Positions 29,996-39,957 of a stretch of 64,000 nucleotides of DNA are shown here, in pieces. Positions within the stretch are counted from its first letter, which is position 1. Every line of letters begins with the position of its first letter. The position numbers were made by a program, and so were the translations under genes. This DNA comes from Candidatus Latescibacterota bacterium (GTDB taxonomy: Bacteria; Latescibacterota; UBA2968; GCA-2709665), in NCBI GenBank assembly GCA_963667175.2, contig CAXXXF010000016.1, forward strand, positions 96,001 to 160,000, in the 5' to 3' direction. The notes beneath the pieces are model-generated. The model made no database searches, was not told the DNA's origin, and was given only the letters and a program-made list of their open reading frames with translations.

Positions 29996-31491
29996 CTCCC
30001 CTCAATCCCGGATGCGTCGCCGACCTGATCCTCTTCCGATGCCGCCGCCTCCATCGCCGCGTCTTCTTCCGAACGTTCAACGACCTCGTCCACGACCGGC
30101 TCGTCGCCTGCTTCTTCCGCGGCCGCAGCGGCAGCCGCGGCTTCTTCCTCAGCAAGTCGCGACGCTGCGGCTTTCTCCTCGGCGAGTCGCGCCGCTTCCT
30201 CGGCCCGCTGCCGTTCCAGTTCCTCGCGATAAGCCTGGACTTTGACCGAGACGACCTCATCAGCCGCGCTCTGGATTTTTGCGCCGGTGGACTCCCCGAT
30301 TCCGGGCACGTCGAGCAACCGGACGAGCGAGACGTCCACAAGGTCGTTGGCGGACTGTATTCCCGCAGCCTCGAGACGTTCGAGCATGACTTTGCCCACG
30401 CCGGCGACTTCCGTCAACGGAACAAATGTCGCCGCGCGTTCATCCTGCAGTTCTTGGAACCGGGTTTCGGTGATAATGTCGACCTTCCATCCGGTCAGTT
30501 GCGCGGCCAGTCGGGCGTTCTGCCCCGATTTGCCAATGGCGAGCGACAACTGGTCGTCGTCGACGATTGCCGTCATCGTTGTCTTGTTTCGATCGACCAC
30601 CACACGTTTGACCATGGCGGGGCTGAGCGCACGGGAGAGAAAGATGGCTTCGTCGTCGCTCCAGGGCACGATGTCGATCCGCTCGTTGCTCAGTTCCCGA
30701 ACGACCGCCTGAACCCTGGAACCCTTCATCCCCACGCAGGCGCCGACCGGATCGATACGGGCGTCGTTCGAATACACCGCGATTTTTGCCCGCTCTCCAG
30801 GTTCGCGGGCGACGGCCCTGATTTCGATGATACCCTCGTAGATTTCAGGAACCTCAAACTGAAACAGCTTAACCAGAAACTGCGGATGTGTACGGGAAAG
30901 GACGACCTGCGGACCCTTCGACGTGCGGAGAACGTTGACCAGATAGGCACGGATGGGGTCTCCCTGGCGGTAGCGCTCCTTGCGAATCTGCTCCTTGAGC
31001 GGAATGACCGCCTCGGTGCGCCCCAGATTAATCAGAATATCGCCGTGGCTGATCTGCTGGACGGTGCCGCTGATGATCTCGCCGATTCGACTCTGATAGT
31101 CCTCGTAGATTTTCTCGCGCTCGGCTTCCCGCACCCGCTGGATAAGGATCTGCTTGGTGGACTGAATGGCGTTACGGCCGAAATCGGCAAACCTGAGCAA
31201 CTCCCTGACTTCCCCGTTGACTTTGACGCCGGGTTCGATCTCGCGGGCTGCCGTAAGTCCGATCTGCAGGGCGGGATCCTCGACCTCCTCGTCTCCGACG
31301 ACGGACTTGGTGGCAAAAACCTCGATATTGCCGGAGTTGACGTCGATATTCACCTCGACGTTGTCCGACGTGCCGAACCGCCTCTTGGTTGCGGAGAGCA
31401 GCCCGATTTCCAGGGTTTCGATCACGAGCGCCCTGTCAACGTTTTTTTCCTGGGCAATCTGGCCCAGCGCCTCAAGGACTTCGTAGTTCAA
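29992..31491 (-). CDS. nusA: Transcription factor NusA
   Basis: FGRNAIQ, AREPGERAK, GACVGMKGSR, AIGKSGQN; HhH repeats and acidic tail; TTG start. Confidence 0.97.
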   Translation of the reverse strand: MNYEVLEALGQIAQEKNVDRALVIETLEIGLLSATKRRFGTSDNVEVNIDVNSGNIEVFATKSVVGDEEVEDPALQIGLTAAREIEPGVKVNGEVRELLRFADFGRNAIQSTKQILIQRVREAEREKIYEDYQSRIGEIISGTVQQISHGDILINLGRTEAVIPLKEQIRKERYRQGDPIRAYLVNVLRTSKGPQVVLSRTHPQFLVKLFQFEVPEIYEGIIEIRAVAREPGERAKIAVYSNDARIDPVGACVGMKGSRVQAVVRELSNERIDIVPWSDDEAIFLSRALSPAMVKRVVVDRNKTTMTAIVDDDQLSLAIGKSGQNARLAAQLTGWKVDIITETRFQELQDERAATFVPLTEVAGVGKVMLERLEAAGIQSANDLVDVSLVRLLDVPGIGESTGAKIQSAADEVVSVKVQAYREELERQRAEEAARLAEEKAAASRLAEEEAAAAAAAAEEAGDEPVVDEVVERSEEDAAMEAAASEEDQVGDASGIEGR

Positions 31492-31503
31492 GAGAACATC
31501 TCC

Positions 31504-31953
31504 TCAAAATTCGAAATGGAGGTTGGCTTTTCTTACGTCGGCCGCCGGGACGACCTGGATCCGGCCGCCGACGTTGAATACCAACTCGGCCCCGTCGTAT
31601 CGAGTGAGGCGGCCGACCAACACGCGCCCGCCTTCCAGTATGACCTTAACGGCCCGGCCGACGGCTCGTCTGTAGTCCCGATCGGACTTGAGCGGCCGGT
31701 CGAGGCCGGGTGAAGAAACCTCGAGGACGTAGCGCCCGCTGATCGGATCGTGAGTATCCAGAACATCCGCGATACCGCGGCTGAGGCGCGCGCATTCATC
31801 AACGGTGACGCCGTCTGTTCGATCCACGTCGATGCGTAGCGTTCTGTTCCTGGGACTGCCCGAGAGTTGCAGATCGACCAGCTCCGCGCCCTGGTACTTC
31901 AGATAGGACGCGATCAGCTTTTCGATGGCTTCCTGAAGCGCCGGATCGTTCAT
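31504..31953 (-). CDS. rimP: Ribosome maturation factor RimP
   Basis: YVLEVSSPGLDRPL. Confidence 0.95.
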   Translation of the reverse strand: MNDPALQEAIEKLIASYLKYQGAELVDLQLSGSPRNRTLRIDVDRTDGVTVDECARLSRGIADVLDTHDPISGRYVLEVSSPGLDRPLKSDRDYRRAVGRAVKVILEGGRVLVGRLTRYDGAELVFNVGGRIQVVPAADVRKANLHFEF

Positions 31954-31986
31954 AAACCGGAAATGCAACTTTAGGTCCAGATATTC

Positions 31987-32011
31987 AAAAGAGCGGGCAC
32001 CCGCCCACTCT
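31987..32011 (-). promoter_or_regulatory. rimP leader terminator-like hairpin (attenuator)
   Basis: Minus strand reads AGAGTGGGC-GGGT-GCCCGCTCTTTT just upstream of rimP, matching the short GAGUGGG...CUC-UUUU rimP-leader pattern. Confidence 0.75.
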
Positions 32012-32083
32012 CGCTGTTCAGAAAAATAAATATATGGTATTTCACACTATAGCGCAAGCATTAAATTCCGGACAGACACCCGC

Positions 32084-32446
32084 TTATCGCCCTCCGTCGA
32101 CCAGGTTCTTGAGTTGCCCGAGCATTTCACGCAACTCGTCCATGACCTCTTCGAGTTCCTTCGGCGGAATCGACGCGGCCGCGGACTTGCCGACCGCCGG
32201 ATCACTCCACAGAGAGGGGTCTTCTCTGAGGCGATCGAGCGCGCCTTTCAGCGTGTATTTTTCATCCTGTCTCAGACGTTTGATGGCCAGTACGATTCTG
32301 AGATCGCGCGCACGGTACAGCCGGTTTCCGGAACGTCCCCGCCGGGGCCGGAGCATGGGAAATTCCTTCTCCCAATAGCGCAGAACCTGCGGCTCGATAC
32401 CGGTTTCCTCAGCCGCTTCACGGATGGAATAGTAGATCTTCTTCAT
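32084..32446 (-). CDS. MerR-family HTH DNA-binding protein
   Basis: YYSIREAA...VLRYWEKEF...GNRLY. Confidence 0.9.
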   Translation of the reverse strand: MKKIYYSIREAAEETGIEPQVLRYWEKEFPMLRPRRGRSGNRLYRARDLRIVLAIKRLRQDEKYTLKGALDRLREDPSLWSDPAVGKSAAASIPPKELEEVMDELREMLGQLKNLVDGGR

Positions 32447-32452
32447 TGCGTG

Positions 32453-33772
32453 TCATCGCTTTTTCTTGAATAAGATACGTACCGGAGTTCCCTTCAGATC
32501 GAAACGTTCCCGCATGCGGCGTTCGAGATAACGCCGATAGTGTTCCGGCACGTCCCCGGGCCTCGTGGTAAAGAAAATCACCGTGGGCGGTTCTACCACG
32601 GGTTGAACACAATAGTACATCTTCGACGCCCGACCCCTGCGGGTGGGCGGCGGATGGGTGGCGTTGACTTCCTGGAGAAACCGGTTGAGGGCGGAAGTGG
32701 CAATTCGCAGACGCCGTCTGTCGTAAATCTCGAGCGCCGTCTCCAGAATCTTCCAGGCGCGCTGGCCGGATAGAGCGGAAACAAAAAGGAGCGGAAAGTC
32801 TCTCAGTGAGGGAAACCGGCCGACAATATCCCGCGCGTACACGATTGCCGTCTTGTCGTCCTTGTCGATCAGATCCCACTTGTTCATCGCCAGCAGGGCG
32901 CCCTTGCCCAATTCGGCCGCGTCGCCGAGTATCTTCACGTCCTGAAGCGTGATCCCTTCGTCCGCATCGGCGATGACGACGGCGACGTCGCACCGCTCCA
33001 GGCTCGTTCTGGTGCGAACCGTGCTGTAATATTCGACCTGCGCTTTCACCTTCGCGCGCCTCCGAAGTCCCGCGGTATCGATCAGCAGGAAGTCGCGGCC
33101 GTTTCGCTTCATCGGCAGATCGATCGCATCGCGTGTCGTGCCGGGAATCGGACTGACCACCATCCGGTCTTCACCGGCCAGCCGATTGATGAAGGTGGAC
33201 TTGCCCACGTTGGGTCGGCCGACCACCGCAATACGCGGTACGCCGGCGTCTTCTTCAGGGTCAGCATCGGTTTCCGGAATGAGCGCGACCACCTCGTCCA
33301 GAAGGTCGCCCGACTTGCGCCCGCTCAGCGCCGATACGGGCACGGGCTCGCCAAGGGCCAGACCGTAGAAGCCGGCAACGTCCGGCTCGTCGCGTTCCGA
33401 ATCCACTTTGTTCACAACCGGCAGGCAGGGTGTCCCGTTCACGCGTACCAGACGGGCGATGGCGGCGTCGTCGTCGGTGGGGCCGGTCCTGGCGTCCATG
33501 ACGAGAATGATCACGTCCGCTTCGGCCACGGCCACCTCTACCTGATCCCCCACGGACTGCGCAATCCCCGCGTCTGGATTGAGCGTATAGCCGCCGGTAT
33601 CGACCAGCGTGAAAACCCGGCGGTTCCAGGCGACCTCCGCGTAGTTTCGGTCCCGTGTCACGCCGGGAAAATCGTCGACCACGGCCCGCCGGTGGCCCAG
33701 AAACCGATTGAAGAGTGTGGACTTCCCCACGTTGGGTCGTCCAACGATCGCTACAACACGTCGCTTCGGCAA
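32453..33772 (-). CDS. der: Ribosome biogenesis GTPase Der
   Basis: Two GRPNVGKS G-domains plus a KH-like C-terminus. Confidence 0.97.
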   Translation of the reverse strand: MPKRRVVAIVGRPNVGKSTLFNRFLGHRRAVVDDFPGVTRDRNYAEVAWNRRVFTLVDTGGYTLNPDAGIAQSVGDQVEVAVAEADVIILVMDARTGPTDDDAAIARLVRVNGTPCLPVVNKVDSERDEPDVAGFYGLALGEPVPVSALSGRKSGDLLDEVVALIPETDADPEEDAGVPRIAVVGRPNVGKSTFINRLAGEDRMVVSPIPGTTRDAIDLPMKRNGRDFLLIDTAGLRRRAKVKAQVEYYSTVRTRTSLERCDVAVVIADADEGITLQDVKILGDAAELGKGALLAMNKWDLIDKDDKTAIVYARDIVGRFPSLRDFPLLFVSALSGQRAWKILETALEIYDRRRLRIATSALNRFLQEVNATHPPPTRRGRASKMYYCVQPVVEPPTVIFFTTRPGDVPEHYRRYLERRMRERFDLKGTPVRILFKKKR

Positions 33773-33797
33773 GGTCTCAACTCCGGTGGGTGCCGCG

Positions 33798-35213
33798 TCA
33801 GGCCAACTGATGCGGCAGAATATACGGGTGCGGCGAACGCATCAGGTCGTCTTCGGAACCCGCGGGGGCATCCCCCCGTGCGGCCCGCGCCGCCGTGTCC
33901 GCAAGATCGTAGGTGCCGATCAGAACCCGGCGCTTCAGAGCGCTTTCCAGGTCGGCGGGAGTCAGGTCGTCGAGAAACAGGCCGTGATGGCTCACGCAGT
34001 TGGGAGGCAGGATCACCAGATCGGTTTCACGCCACTGCGACTTCAGCGCGTCCAGCATGTCTTGTCCGGTCAATAGCCCCGATACCGTGATGCCCTCACC
34101 CAGAAAGCGGTTCTTCACCTCCACGACGCGCACAGACATCCAGGGGATACGGTTCAAGCGCTTCGCCATCGGCCGGATGAACACGGCGCCCAGTACGCTC
34201 GTGACCAGCGTTATCGAGATCCGCCCGGACGTCAGCGATTCCAGCGCCGGCGCCCCCGCTGCGAAGCGGTCCGTGAACCGCCGCACCATCCCCACGCCGT
34301 TCTCTACGAGCGGAAAGCCGTCGTAGTGTGCGGCCTCGGGGACTCCCCGGCCGGACGTCAGATAGAATTCGTCTCCGAAATAGACGAAGTTGACGCCAAA
34401 CTTCCTGCGAAACTGCCGCTGCCATGCCGACGCCTGATCCAGGCACTCCACGGCAACTTCCGGCGTTACCGGGTCCAGCCGGGGCAGGTTCTGACGGTAT
34501 CGGGTCAGCCCGAGGGGAACGATGCCCACGGATTCCACGGAGGGGTACCATCGGGCCAGGTCGTACACCGTCCGTTTGAGGTGCTGACCGTCGTTCAGCC
34601 CCGGGCACAGAACGACCTGCGCGTGCATCCGGATGCCGTGACTCGCAAGGAAATCGATACGTTCCATCACGTCCACCGGCTCCGTCCGTCCCAGAAGCGT
34701 CGCCCTGAGTTCCGGATCGGTCGCGTGGACGGAGATGTACATGGGGCTCAGGCGCTGTTCGACGATCCGGCCGAATTCCTCTTCCGAAAGGTTCGTGAGG
34801 GTGACGTAGGCGCCATGGAGAAAGGACAGCCTGTAGTCGTCGTCCTGGTAGTAGAGGGTCTTGCGCATCCTTTTGGGCATCTGGTGGAGAAAACAGAATA
34901 CGCACTTGTTGTTGCACTTGATGATGGGCATTTCCGACAATGTCACGCCCAGGTCGTCGTCCGGATCCTTTTCTACGTCCACCACAACGACCTCGTCCCC
35001 CCGTCGGAGAACCACCTCCACCGTCTCTTCCGCGACGTGGAAGCGGTAGTCGATCGGATCGCGCACGGGTTCGCCGTTGATGGATTCGATGACGTCTCCG
35101 GGCCGGATGCCAACGGCCTCTCCAATCCCTCCGTAGGCGACCGCTTCCACGTCGAGCCCTGCGACTGCTTCGTCGACCTGAGGCCGACCCTCCACCTGAC
35201 CTGATTTTTTCAT
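33798..35213 (-). CDS. PDZ/DUF512 radical-SAM-like protein
   Basis: CNNKCVFC motif, DDDYRLSFL, ENGVG. Confidence 0.9.
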   Translation of the reverse strand: MKKSGQVEGRPQVDEAVAGLDVEAVAYGGIGEAVGIRPGDVIESINGEPVRDPIDYRFHVAEETVEVVLRRGDEVVVVDVEKDPDDDLGVTLSEMPIIKCNNKCVFCFLHQMPKRMRKTLYYQDDDYRLSFLHGAYVTLTNLSEEEFGRIVEQRLSPMYISVHATDPELRATLLGRTEPVDVMERIDFLASHGIRMHAQVVLCPGLNDGQHLKRTVYDLARWYPSVESVGIVPLGLTRYRQNLPRLDPVTPEVAVECLDQASAWQRQFRRKFGVNFVYFGDEFYLTSGRGVPEAAHYDGFPLVENGVGMVRRFTDRFAAGAPALESLTSGRISITLVTSVLGAVFIRPMAKRLNRIPWMSVRVVEVKNRFLGEGITVSGLLTGQDMLDALKSQWRETDLVILPPNCVSHHGLFLDDLTPADLESALKRRVLIGTYDLADTAARAARGDAPAGSEDDLMRSPHPYILPHQLA

Positions 35214-35406
35214 TTGAATTTATATATACCTGTTAGAGAATAGAGTACACAAAATACTTAACCCATCACTTTGAAGTTAAGACAATTGGTGAAAACGTCA
35301 AGAAAAATGTGCTGATCCGCCAGCGACGTGCGATCCCCCGGGGGCCAACAGACACGGGTCGCCACAATAAAACCCTTCCTTCGTCCGTATGAACCCGGTC
35401 CCGCCT

Positions 35407-35949
35407 TCAACGTTCCGGCAGGAACAACAGCCCGGGCCTGACGCCGCCGACCTCCTTCAGGATTTGAGGGTCGAGGTCGATGACACGATGGAGGGTCTTC
35501 GCGAGAAGAAGTTGTCGGGCCGTCAGTCCCTCGGCGCCGCTAAACGTGGTACTGCGCAGGTCCGTGTTGCAGAAGAGGGTGTTTTCGAGATCCGCTTCCT
35601 TGAGCGAGCCCTCGCTGAGATCGCAATCCGTGAAATCGGCGCCCGCAAGTACCGCCCCATAGAGATTCACGCAGTTCAGATTCGCCCCGCGGAAGGTGGC
35701 GCCCCTCAGATAGCCGTCGCTCAGGTCCGTATGATCCAGTACGGCGCCGTCGAAGTTGGCGCCGACGAGCGTGGCCGAACTGAGATTCTCGTAACTCAGG
35801 TCCATGCCGCTGAAATCCACGCCACTGAGGTCTTCGTAGCTGAAATCGGCGCCGGAAAGATCGGGCGTGAGGCCGGGGTTTTCGGCCCGCCAGCCGTTCC
35901 ATGCCTGGACGCTTTCCCTGATGATGTCCAGATGATTCGGATCGGCCAT
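35407..35949 (-). CDS. Pentapeptide repeat protein
   Basis: WNGWR..NP N-terminus, then A(D/N)(L/F)xx repeats. Confidence 0.9.
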   Translation of the reverse strand: MADPNHLDIIRESVQAWNGWRAENPGLTPDLSGADFSYEDLSGVDFSGMDLSYENLSSATLVGANFDGAVLDHTDLSDGYLRGATFRGANLNCVNLYGAVLAGADFTDCDLSEGSLKEADLENTLFCNTDLRSTTFSGAEGLTARQLLLAKTLHRVIDLDPQILKEVGGVRPGLLFLPER

Positions 35950-35982
35950 TCAAGTACCCGCCATAGCGCGTCTTCAGGGCGT

Positions 35983-36882
35983 TCACGTTGTGAGTGTGTT
36001 GACGAAATGGTTCACAAAGCGCTCCGATTCCACGTCCACGCATACCTCGGCGTTGGACTCGATCGCATCGGAACGGATCGGAACCGTTGCGCCGTTGAGC
36101 CTGTCGGAACGTGTTTCCACGTGGATGGCGCGGGACCGCGTTTCGCAGAACGTGGGGTCGAAGACCATTGCCACGGCCAGCGGATCGTGCAGAATGGGAT
36201 GCTCCCTTCCGGAATCCTCGCGCCACAGTTGGATAAGATCGAAGCACAGGCGGTTGATGGTCCGGTCCACCGATCCGATCGTGTCTACCTGCGCGTTACT
36301 CAGGCGGCACTTTTCGGTCACGTCGAGGCCCACCATGGTGATCGGTACGCCGGCGCCAAAGACGACGTGCGCGGCTTCGGGGTCGCAGAGGATGTTCCAC
36401 TCCGCCGTCAACCGACCCACGCATCCTCCCATCAGGCAAATTGTCGTTTTCTCCGCCAGACGAGGCTCCAGGGTGAAAGCGGCGGCAATATTCGTCAGCG
36501 GGCCTATGGGTACGAGCGTAACGTCGCCATTGCCTCTCAAAATCGTATCGACAATAAAGTCCACGGCACGGCCCTCCGCGGGCCTGACGGTTCCGGGGTA
36601 CCGCCGAATGGCCTCCATCTGACGCGGCCGATGCGACTCGATTGCCGCCCGGCCCTTGGCGTGCGAATCGAACAGCGGCTTCCCGATACCCGCGAACACG
36701 GGAACGTCTCCGCTGCCGAGCGCATCCAGGACGCAGCAAGCCAGCTCTGCCCGCCGCGCCGTATCGCGGAAGACCGTGGTGACGCCCACAAGCTCGATCT
36801 CACCGCAAAGCAACGCGAACGCCAACGCGAGCGCGTCGTCAACGTCGTCTCCGATATCCGTATCGAGGATGATCTTCTTCAT
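35983..36882 (-). CDS. Nucleoside hydrolase (IU-NH family)
   Basis: DTDIGDDVDD, GPLTN, AEWNI..DPEAA, LHDPLA. Confidence 0.93.
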   Translation of the reverse strand: MKKIILDTDIGDDVDDALALAFALLCGEIELVGVTTVFRDTARRAELACCVLDALGSGDVPVFAGIGKPLFDSHAKGRAAIESHRPRQMEAIRRYPGTVRPAEGRAVDFIVDTILRGNGDVTLVPIGPLTNIAAAFTLEPRLAEKTTICLMGGCVGRLTAEWNILCDPEAAHVVFGAGVPITMVGLDVTEKCRLSNAQVDTIGSVDRTINRLCFDLIQLWREDSGREHPILHDPLAVAMVFDPTFCETRSRAIHVETRSDRLNGATVPIRSDAIESNAEVCVDVESERFVNHFVNTLTT

Positions 36883-36932
36883 CTGATTCTGCTCCCGAAT
36901 TTCGACAGCCGTCCCCTGACACCCGCGCGTCG

Positions 36933-37655
36933 CTATCCCTTCGCCTTCCCATTGGCGCCCGGGTCGAAAAACGATCGATCAACGATCACGTCGAGCGGAT
37001 TATCAGCGTCCACCGGGCGCGCGCCGATTTCAAACAGGCGCACATTGTCCGTCGACGCCAGGGCGAACACCGGCTTTCCTTGCGCCAGCGCGTCTCGGCA
37101 CAGCGCTTCGATCTTTCCTCCGGCTTCCGCATGGGCAACCAGAATGACGTCCGACAGCGCGGCAACGCGTGCATTTCGTTCGGATGCGCTGGCGACCGTG
37201 GGTCGATGTACATGATCATCGAAAAAGGACAGAATCGCGAGGCGGCCTTCATAGAGCGATGGATTCCATACCTTTAATATCCTCATCCTGCCGAGCCCAC
37301 GGGCCGGACAGAACACCAAACGCGCAGGTCCTGGCAACAGGGTGTATAGAAGCTCTTTTTCCATGCGCGACTGAAAGCCGCACACAATCGTCACGCCGGC
37401 GTCCCGCAGTCTCCGTGCGAGATCGAACGTCTTCAGGATCGGATCGCCCGGGCACCGCGCCGAACAGAAGAAACCAATCAACCGTCGCTGAAGAATCCGT
37501 GGATTCCCCATAAGCGCTACGGGCGCCTCGTCCCCGGCGCCAATGGCTCGCCTCAACACCGCCGGCATATCCGGCGATTCTCTCGTATAGCGTCTGATCG
37601 TCAATTCAGACCTCGGTATTCCATGTGCGAACCGACGGCTACTGCGATCATTCAT
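36933..37655 (-). CDS. DprA/SLOG-like protein
   Basis: GN..IL...GFFCSARCPG, GFQS, RN..VAALSD motifs of the SMF/DprA Rossmann-like fold. Confidence 0.75.
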   Translation of the reverse strand: MNDRSSRRFAHGIPRSELTIRRYTRESPDMPAVLRRAIGAGDEAPVALMGNPRILQRRLIGFFCSARCPGDPILKTFDLARRLRDAGVTIVCGFQSRMEKELLYTLLPGPARLVFCPARGLGRMRILKVWNPSLYEGRLAILSFFDDHVHRPTVASASERNARVAALSDVILVAHAEAGGKIEALCRDALAQGKPVFALASTDNVRLFEIGARPVDADNPLDVIVDRSFFDPGANGKAKG

Positions 37656-38007
37656 CTTCGATTATGGTCTCGGTTACCCTTCTCAACTGGGGCAAATTTC
37701 CCATACAGGCATCAAAGATAATCTCGTGATCCAATACATCGTAGTGGTGTGAGATTATGTCTCGCAGACGCATGATCTTGTTCCATTCAACTTCAGGGTA
37801 CTTCTCCAGCAATTCCGGGTTGAGACCGGCCAGACTCTTCACATTCTCGCCGATTATCTGCGGTCGCATCGCAACCGCATCGAGAGTAAACAAGGCGTCA
37901 GCGTCCGAAAGGAGATCATCGGGCGTACGTATGTCCTCAAGTCGCTGCATAATGAGATCAGTCGACGTGAGGATGTTTTCCAGACTATCCCGTACTGGAG
38001 CGTTCAT
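37648..38007 (-). CDS. HepT-like HEPN RNase toxin (DUF86)
   Basis: IIGE and RDIISHHY (R-x4-H-x-Y). Confidence 0.88.
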   Translation of the reverse strand: MNAPVRDSLENILTSTDLIMQRLEDIRTPDDLLSDADALFTLDAVAMRPQIIGENVKSLAGLNPELLEKYPEVEWNKIMRLRDIISHHYDVLDHEIIFDACMGNLPQLRRVTETIIEDE

Positions 38008-38297
38008 ACGTAAAGCGCCTCTTTTTCGATGCGTTGGATAAATCCGGTTCGGAGATTCTTACTCAACCGCCGGATATCCACCCTGCATCCAAGGGCTTGC
38101 TCCACAAAGATGTGAAGCCCGGCCAGATCGTCGAACTTCGGCTCCCTGAGTTCGACAACGAGGTCGACGTCACTTTCATCCCGCTGCGTTCCCGAAGCGT
38201 ATGACCCGTACAGACCGATCCGTCGGACGCCAAATCGACGCTCCATTTCAGCTTTATTCTCGGCAAGAAACCTGAGAATGTCTTGTGCTGATCTCAT
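38004..38297 (-). CDS. MntA-like minimal nucleotidyltransferase antitoxin
   Basis: GLYGSYASG..SDVDL; ATGA overlap with the HEPN gene. Confidence 0.88.
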   Translation of the reverse strand: MRSAQDILRFLAENKAEMERRFGVRRIGLYGSYASGTQRDESDVDLVVELREPKFDDLAGLHIFVEQALGCRVDIRRLSKNLRTGFIQRIEKEALYV

Positions 38298-38411
38298 AAT
38301 TGCTTCCTTAATTCGCGATGGGCAGATTCTACTACTTGGAAAATAACATCGGAAACTACGAAACACGCGAAAAAAAAGAAAAATCCGTGGCTGAAATCAA
38401 TTACGACAAGA

Positions 38412-38448
38412 CGCCCGCATGCAGCGCATGGCACTGCGCAGGCGGGCG
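38412..38448. repeat. REP-like palindrome, copy 2
   Basis: CGCCCGCATGCAGCGCATGGCACTGCGCAGGCGGGCG, similar to 22275-22309. Confidence 0.6.
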
Positions 38449-38538
38449 CAAAACCACAACGTTGCACTTCAGCCTGGCAATGCGACGATTTCCATCATTA
38501 TGGTCGCCCCAACGAGGCATGACAACTGTTTCGCTAAT

Positions 38539-38628
38539 TCATGCATGAGTCGAGGAAGACGGTACATCTGCAACTGCCCCAAAATCATCAGGATTCGATT
38601 CAAGCCACGCTTTCGTTCGATTTCTCAT
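38539..38628 (-). pseudogene. Probable truncated HEPN gene start
   Basis: MRNRTKAWLESNPDDF overlaps the end of the upstream MNT gene and stops after 29 codons. Confidence 0.45.
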
Positions 38629-38959
38629 ATAGCGTCTTCCCTGTGCTTTCTATCCGGCCGAGAAACGAAGCGCCCTGATTTCCAAGAAGCTCGTACTCGG
38701 TCCTGGTGTAGACAACAAGGTCAACGGGAATATGCCTGTTGATCTCCCTGATACTTTTCCTTACCGCCGTTCTTACCTCCATTCTTTCCACATAGGTACG
38801 CGGGACCGACTCCGAATCCAGGATGACCAGCAAATCGAAATCACTCTCCAATTCCCGCTTACCAGCGACAGTAGATCCAAACAGAACAATCCTGTACGGA
38901 TCAACCGTCATAAGACACGAGACGATATCGTCAAGGTCGCTGGTCGTCGTTTTCTCCAA
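38600..38959 (-). CDS. Minimal nucleotidyltransferase (MNT) domain protein
   Basis: IVLFGS...SDFDLLVI...PVDLVVYT. Confidence 0.85.
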   Translation of the reverse strand: MEKTTTSDLDDIVSCLMTVDPYRIVLFGSTVAGKRELESDFDLLVILDSESVPRTYVERMEVRTAVRKSIREINRHIPVDLVVYTRTEYELLGNQGASFLGRIESTGKTLYEKSNESVA

Positions 38960-39000
38960 TCTAAACCCCTCTCACAATCGTCTTCAATTTGCTCCCCAAC

Positions 39001-39125
39001 GCGGTCACCACGCCATCACTCCCCCCTTGAGGGGGAGGGTCAAAAGCACCCTCACTCGGCGCTGCGCGCCACCCTCTCCCAGGGGGAGAGGGTCTGATTG
39101 CCAGCCCGATGGCGCGCCGGTGGGG
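39001..39125. repeat. Composite palindromic repeat, copy 1
   Basis: Contains CTCCCCCCTTGAGGGGGAG and CCCTCTCCC-AGG-GGGAGAGGG hairpins; direct repeat of 39958-40075. Confidence 0.8.
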
Positions 39126-39335
39126 GGTTCTCACCCCATGCACTCAGGTGAATTCCAGACCGTTGATCAGCCATGAATATGGGGATTATATATGTTAGTG
39201 ACCAACCGTAAATACGCAAATTACAGGCCATTAGTAAAGGCCAAATTTCCGTACACGTCACGCCTAGGGGCTGATTCAATCCCTGGGATTATCGTTATTC
39301 TAACTGTCTTTTGATTATCATTTACGTTTTTCCGC

Positions 39336-39364
39336 TTGACACACTTACCCTGTCCGGATAGATT
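39336..39364 (+). promoter_or_regulatory. Sigma70-type promoter
   Basis: TTGACA-17 nt-TAGATT upstream of the small membrane gene. Confidence 0.6.
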
Positions 39365-39435
39365 TTTGTCGTAACTGGGGGCGGTCATTATTGAAAACAG
39401 ACAGTGTTCAGACATACGCATAAATGAGACTGCAG

Positions 39436-39684
39436 ATGTCTATTGACTACAAGAAAACAGCTAAGGAATTTGCCCCGGTTGTCATTGCCCTGATTGCGCT
39501 ACTCGGTCTTATGTATGGAATGATCAATCAGGCAGAGGGGCGTATCAATGATCGAATAAACAGGCTGGAATCAAGAATCGATAAGCGGTTTGATCGGCTT
39601 GACGTTAAACTCGACATGTTCATGGCGAAGATTGATGAAAACAGTCAGCGCATTGCGCGTTTGGAAGGTAAAGCAGGTCAATGA
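39436..39684 (+). CDS. Small single-TM coiled-coil protein
   Basis: Hydrophobic VVIALIALLGLMYGMI, then heptad repeats ending RIARLEG; has its own promoter and a downstream hairpin. Alternative start at 39424. Confidence 0.75.
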   Translation: MSIDYKKTAKEFAPVVIALIALLGLMYGMINQAEGRINDRINRLESRIDKRFDRLDVKLDMFMAKIDENSQRIARLEGKAGQ

Positions 39685-39720
39685 GCCACATCCGGGTCGA
39701 ATAACAATAGAGCAATGCTT

Positions 39721-39769
39721 AACAACAATAAGCCCATGGGCTGGATCAATCCCTGGGCTTATTGTTGTT
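39721..39769. terminator. 16-bp perfect hairpin, possibly a bidirectional terminator
   Basis: AACAACAATAAGCCCA ... TGGGCTTATTGTTGTT. Confidence 0.6.
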
Positions 39770-39797
39770 CGATCTCAAGGTCAAACCTCGTGATCGT

Positions 39798-39873
39798 TTA
39801 AACGTAATGTGCCTCTTTTTCGACGCGTTGAATAAACCCGGTTTGGAGATTCTTACTGAGTCGACGGATATCC
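39798..39873 (-). pseudogene. 3' remnant of a second mntA paralogue
   Basis: Encodes DIRRLSKNLQTGFIQRVEKEAHYV*, versus DIRRLSKNLRTGFIQRIEKEALYV* at the end of 38004-38297. Confidence 0.8.
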
Positions 39874-39957
39874 TTCAGGAGACTCGATCGCCAGTTGGCG
39901 TACACAACTGACTCGGACAACGAGACTCACCAAAGACACCGACTCTCTGTACGTCGC

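Noticed and set aside
35389-37215. 608-aa + strand ORF
   Set aside because: Antisense to three well-supported minus-strand genes.
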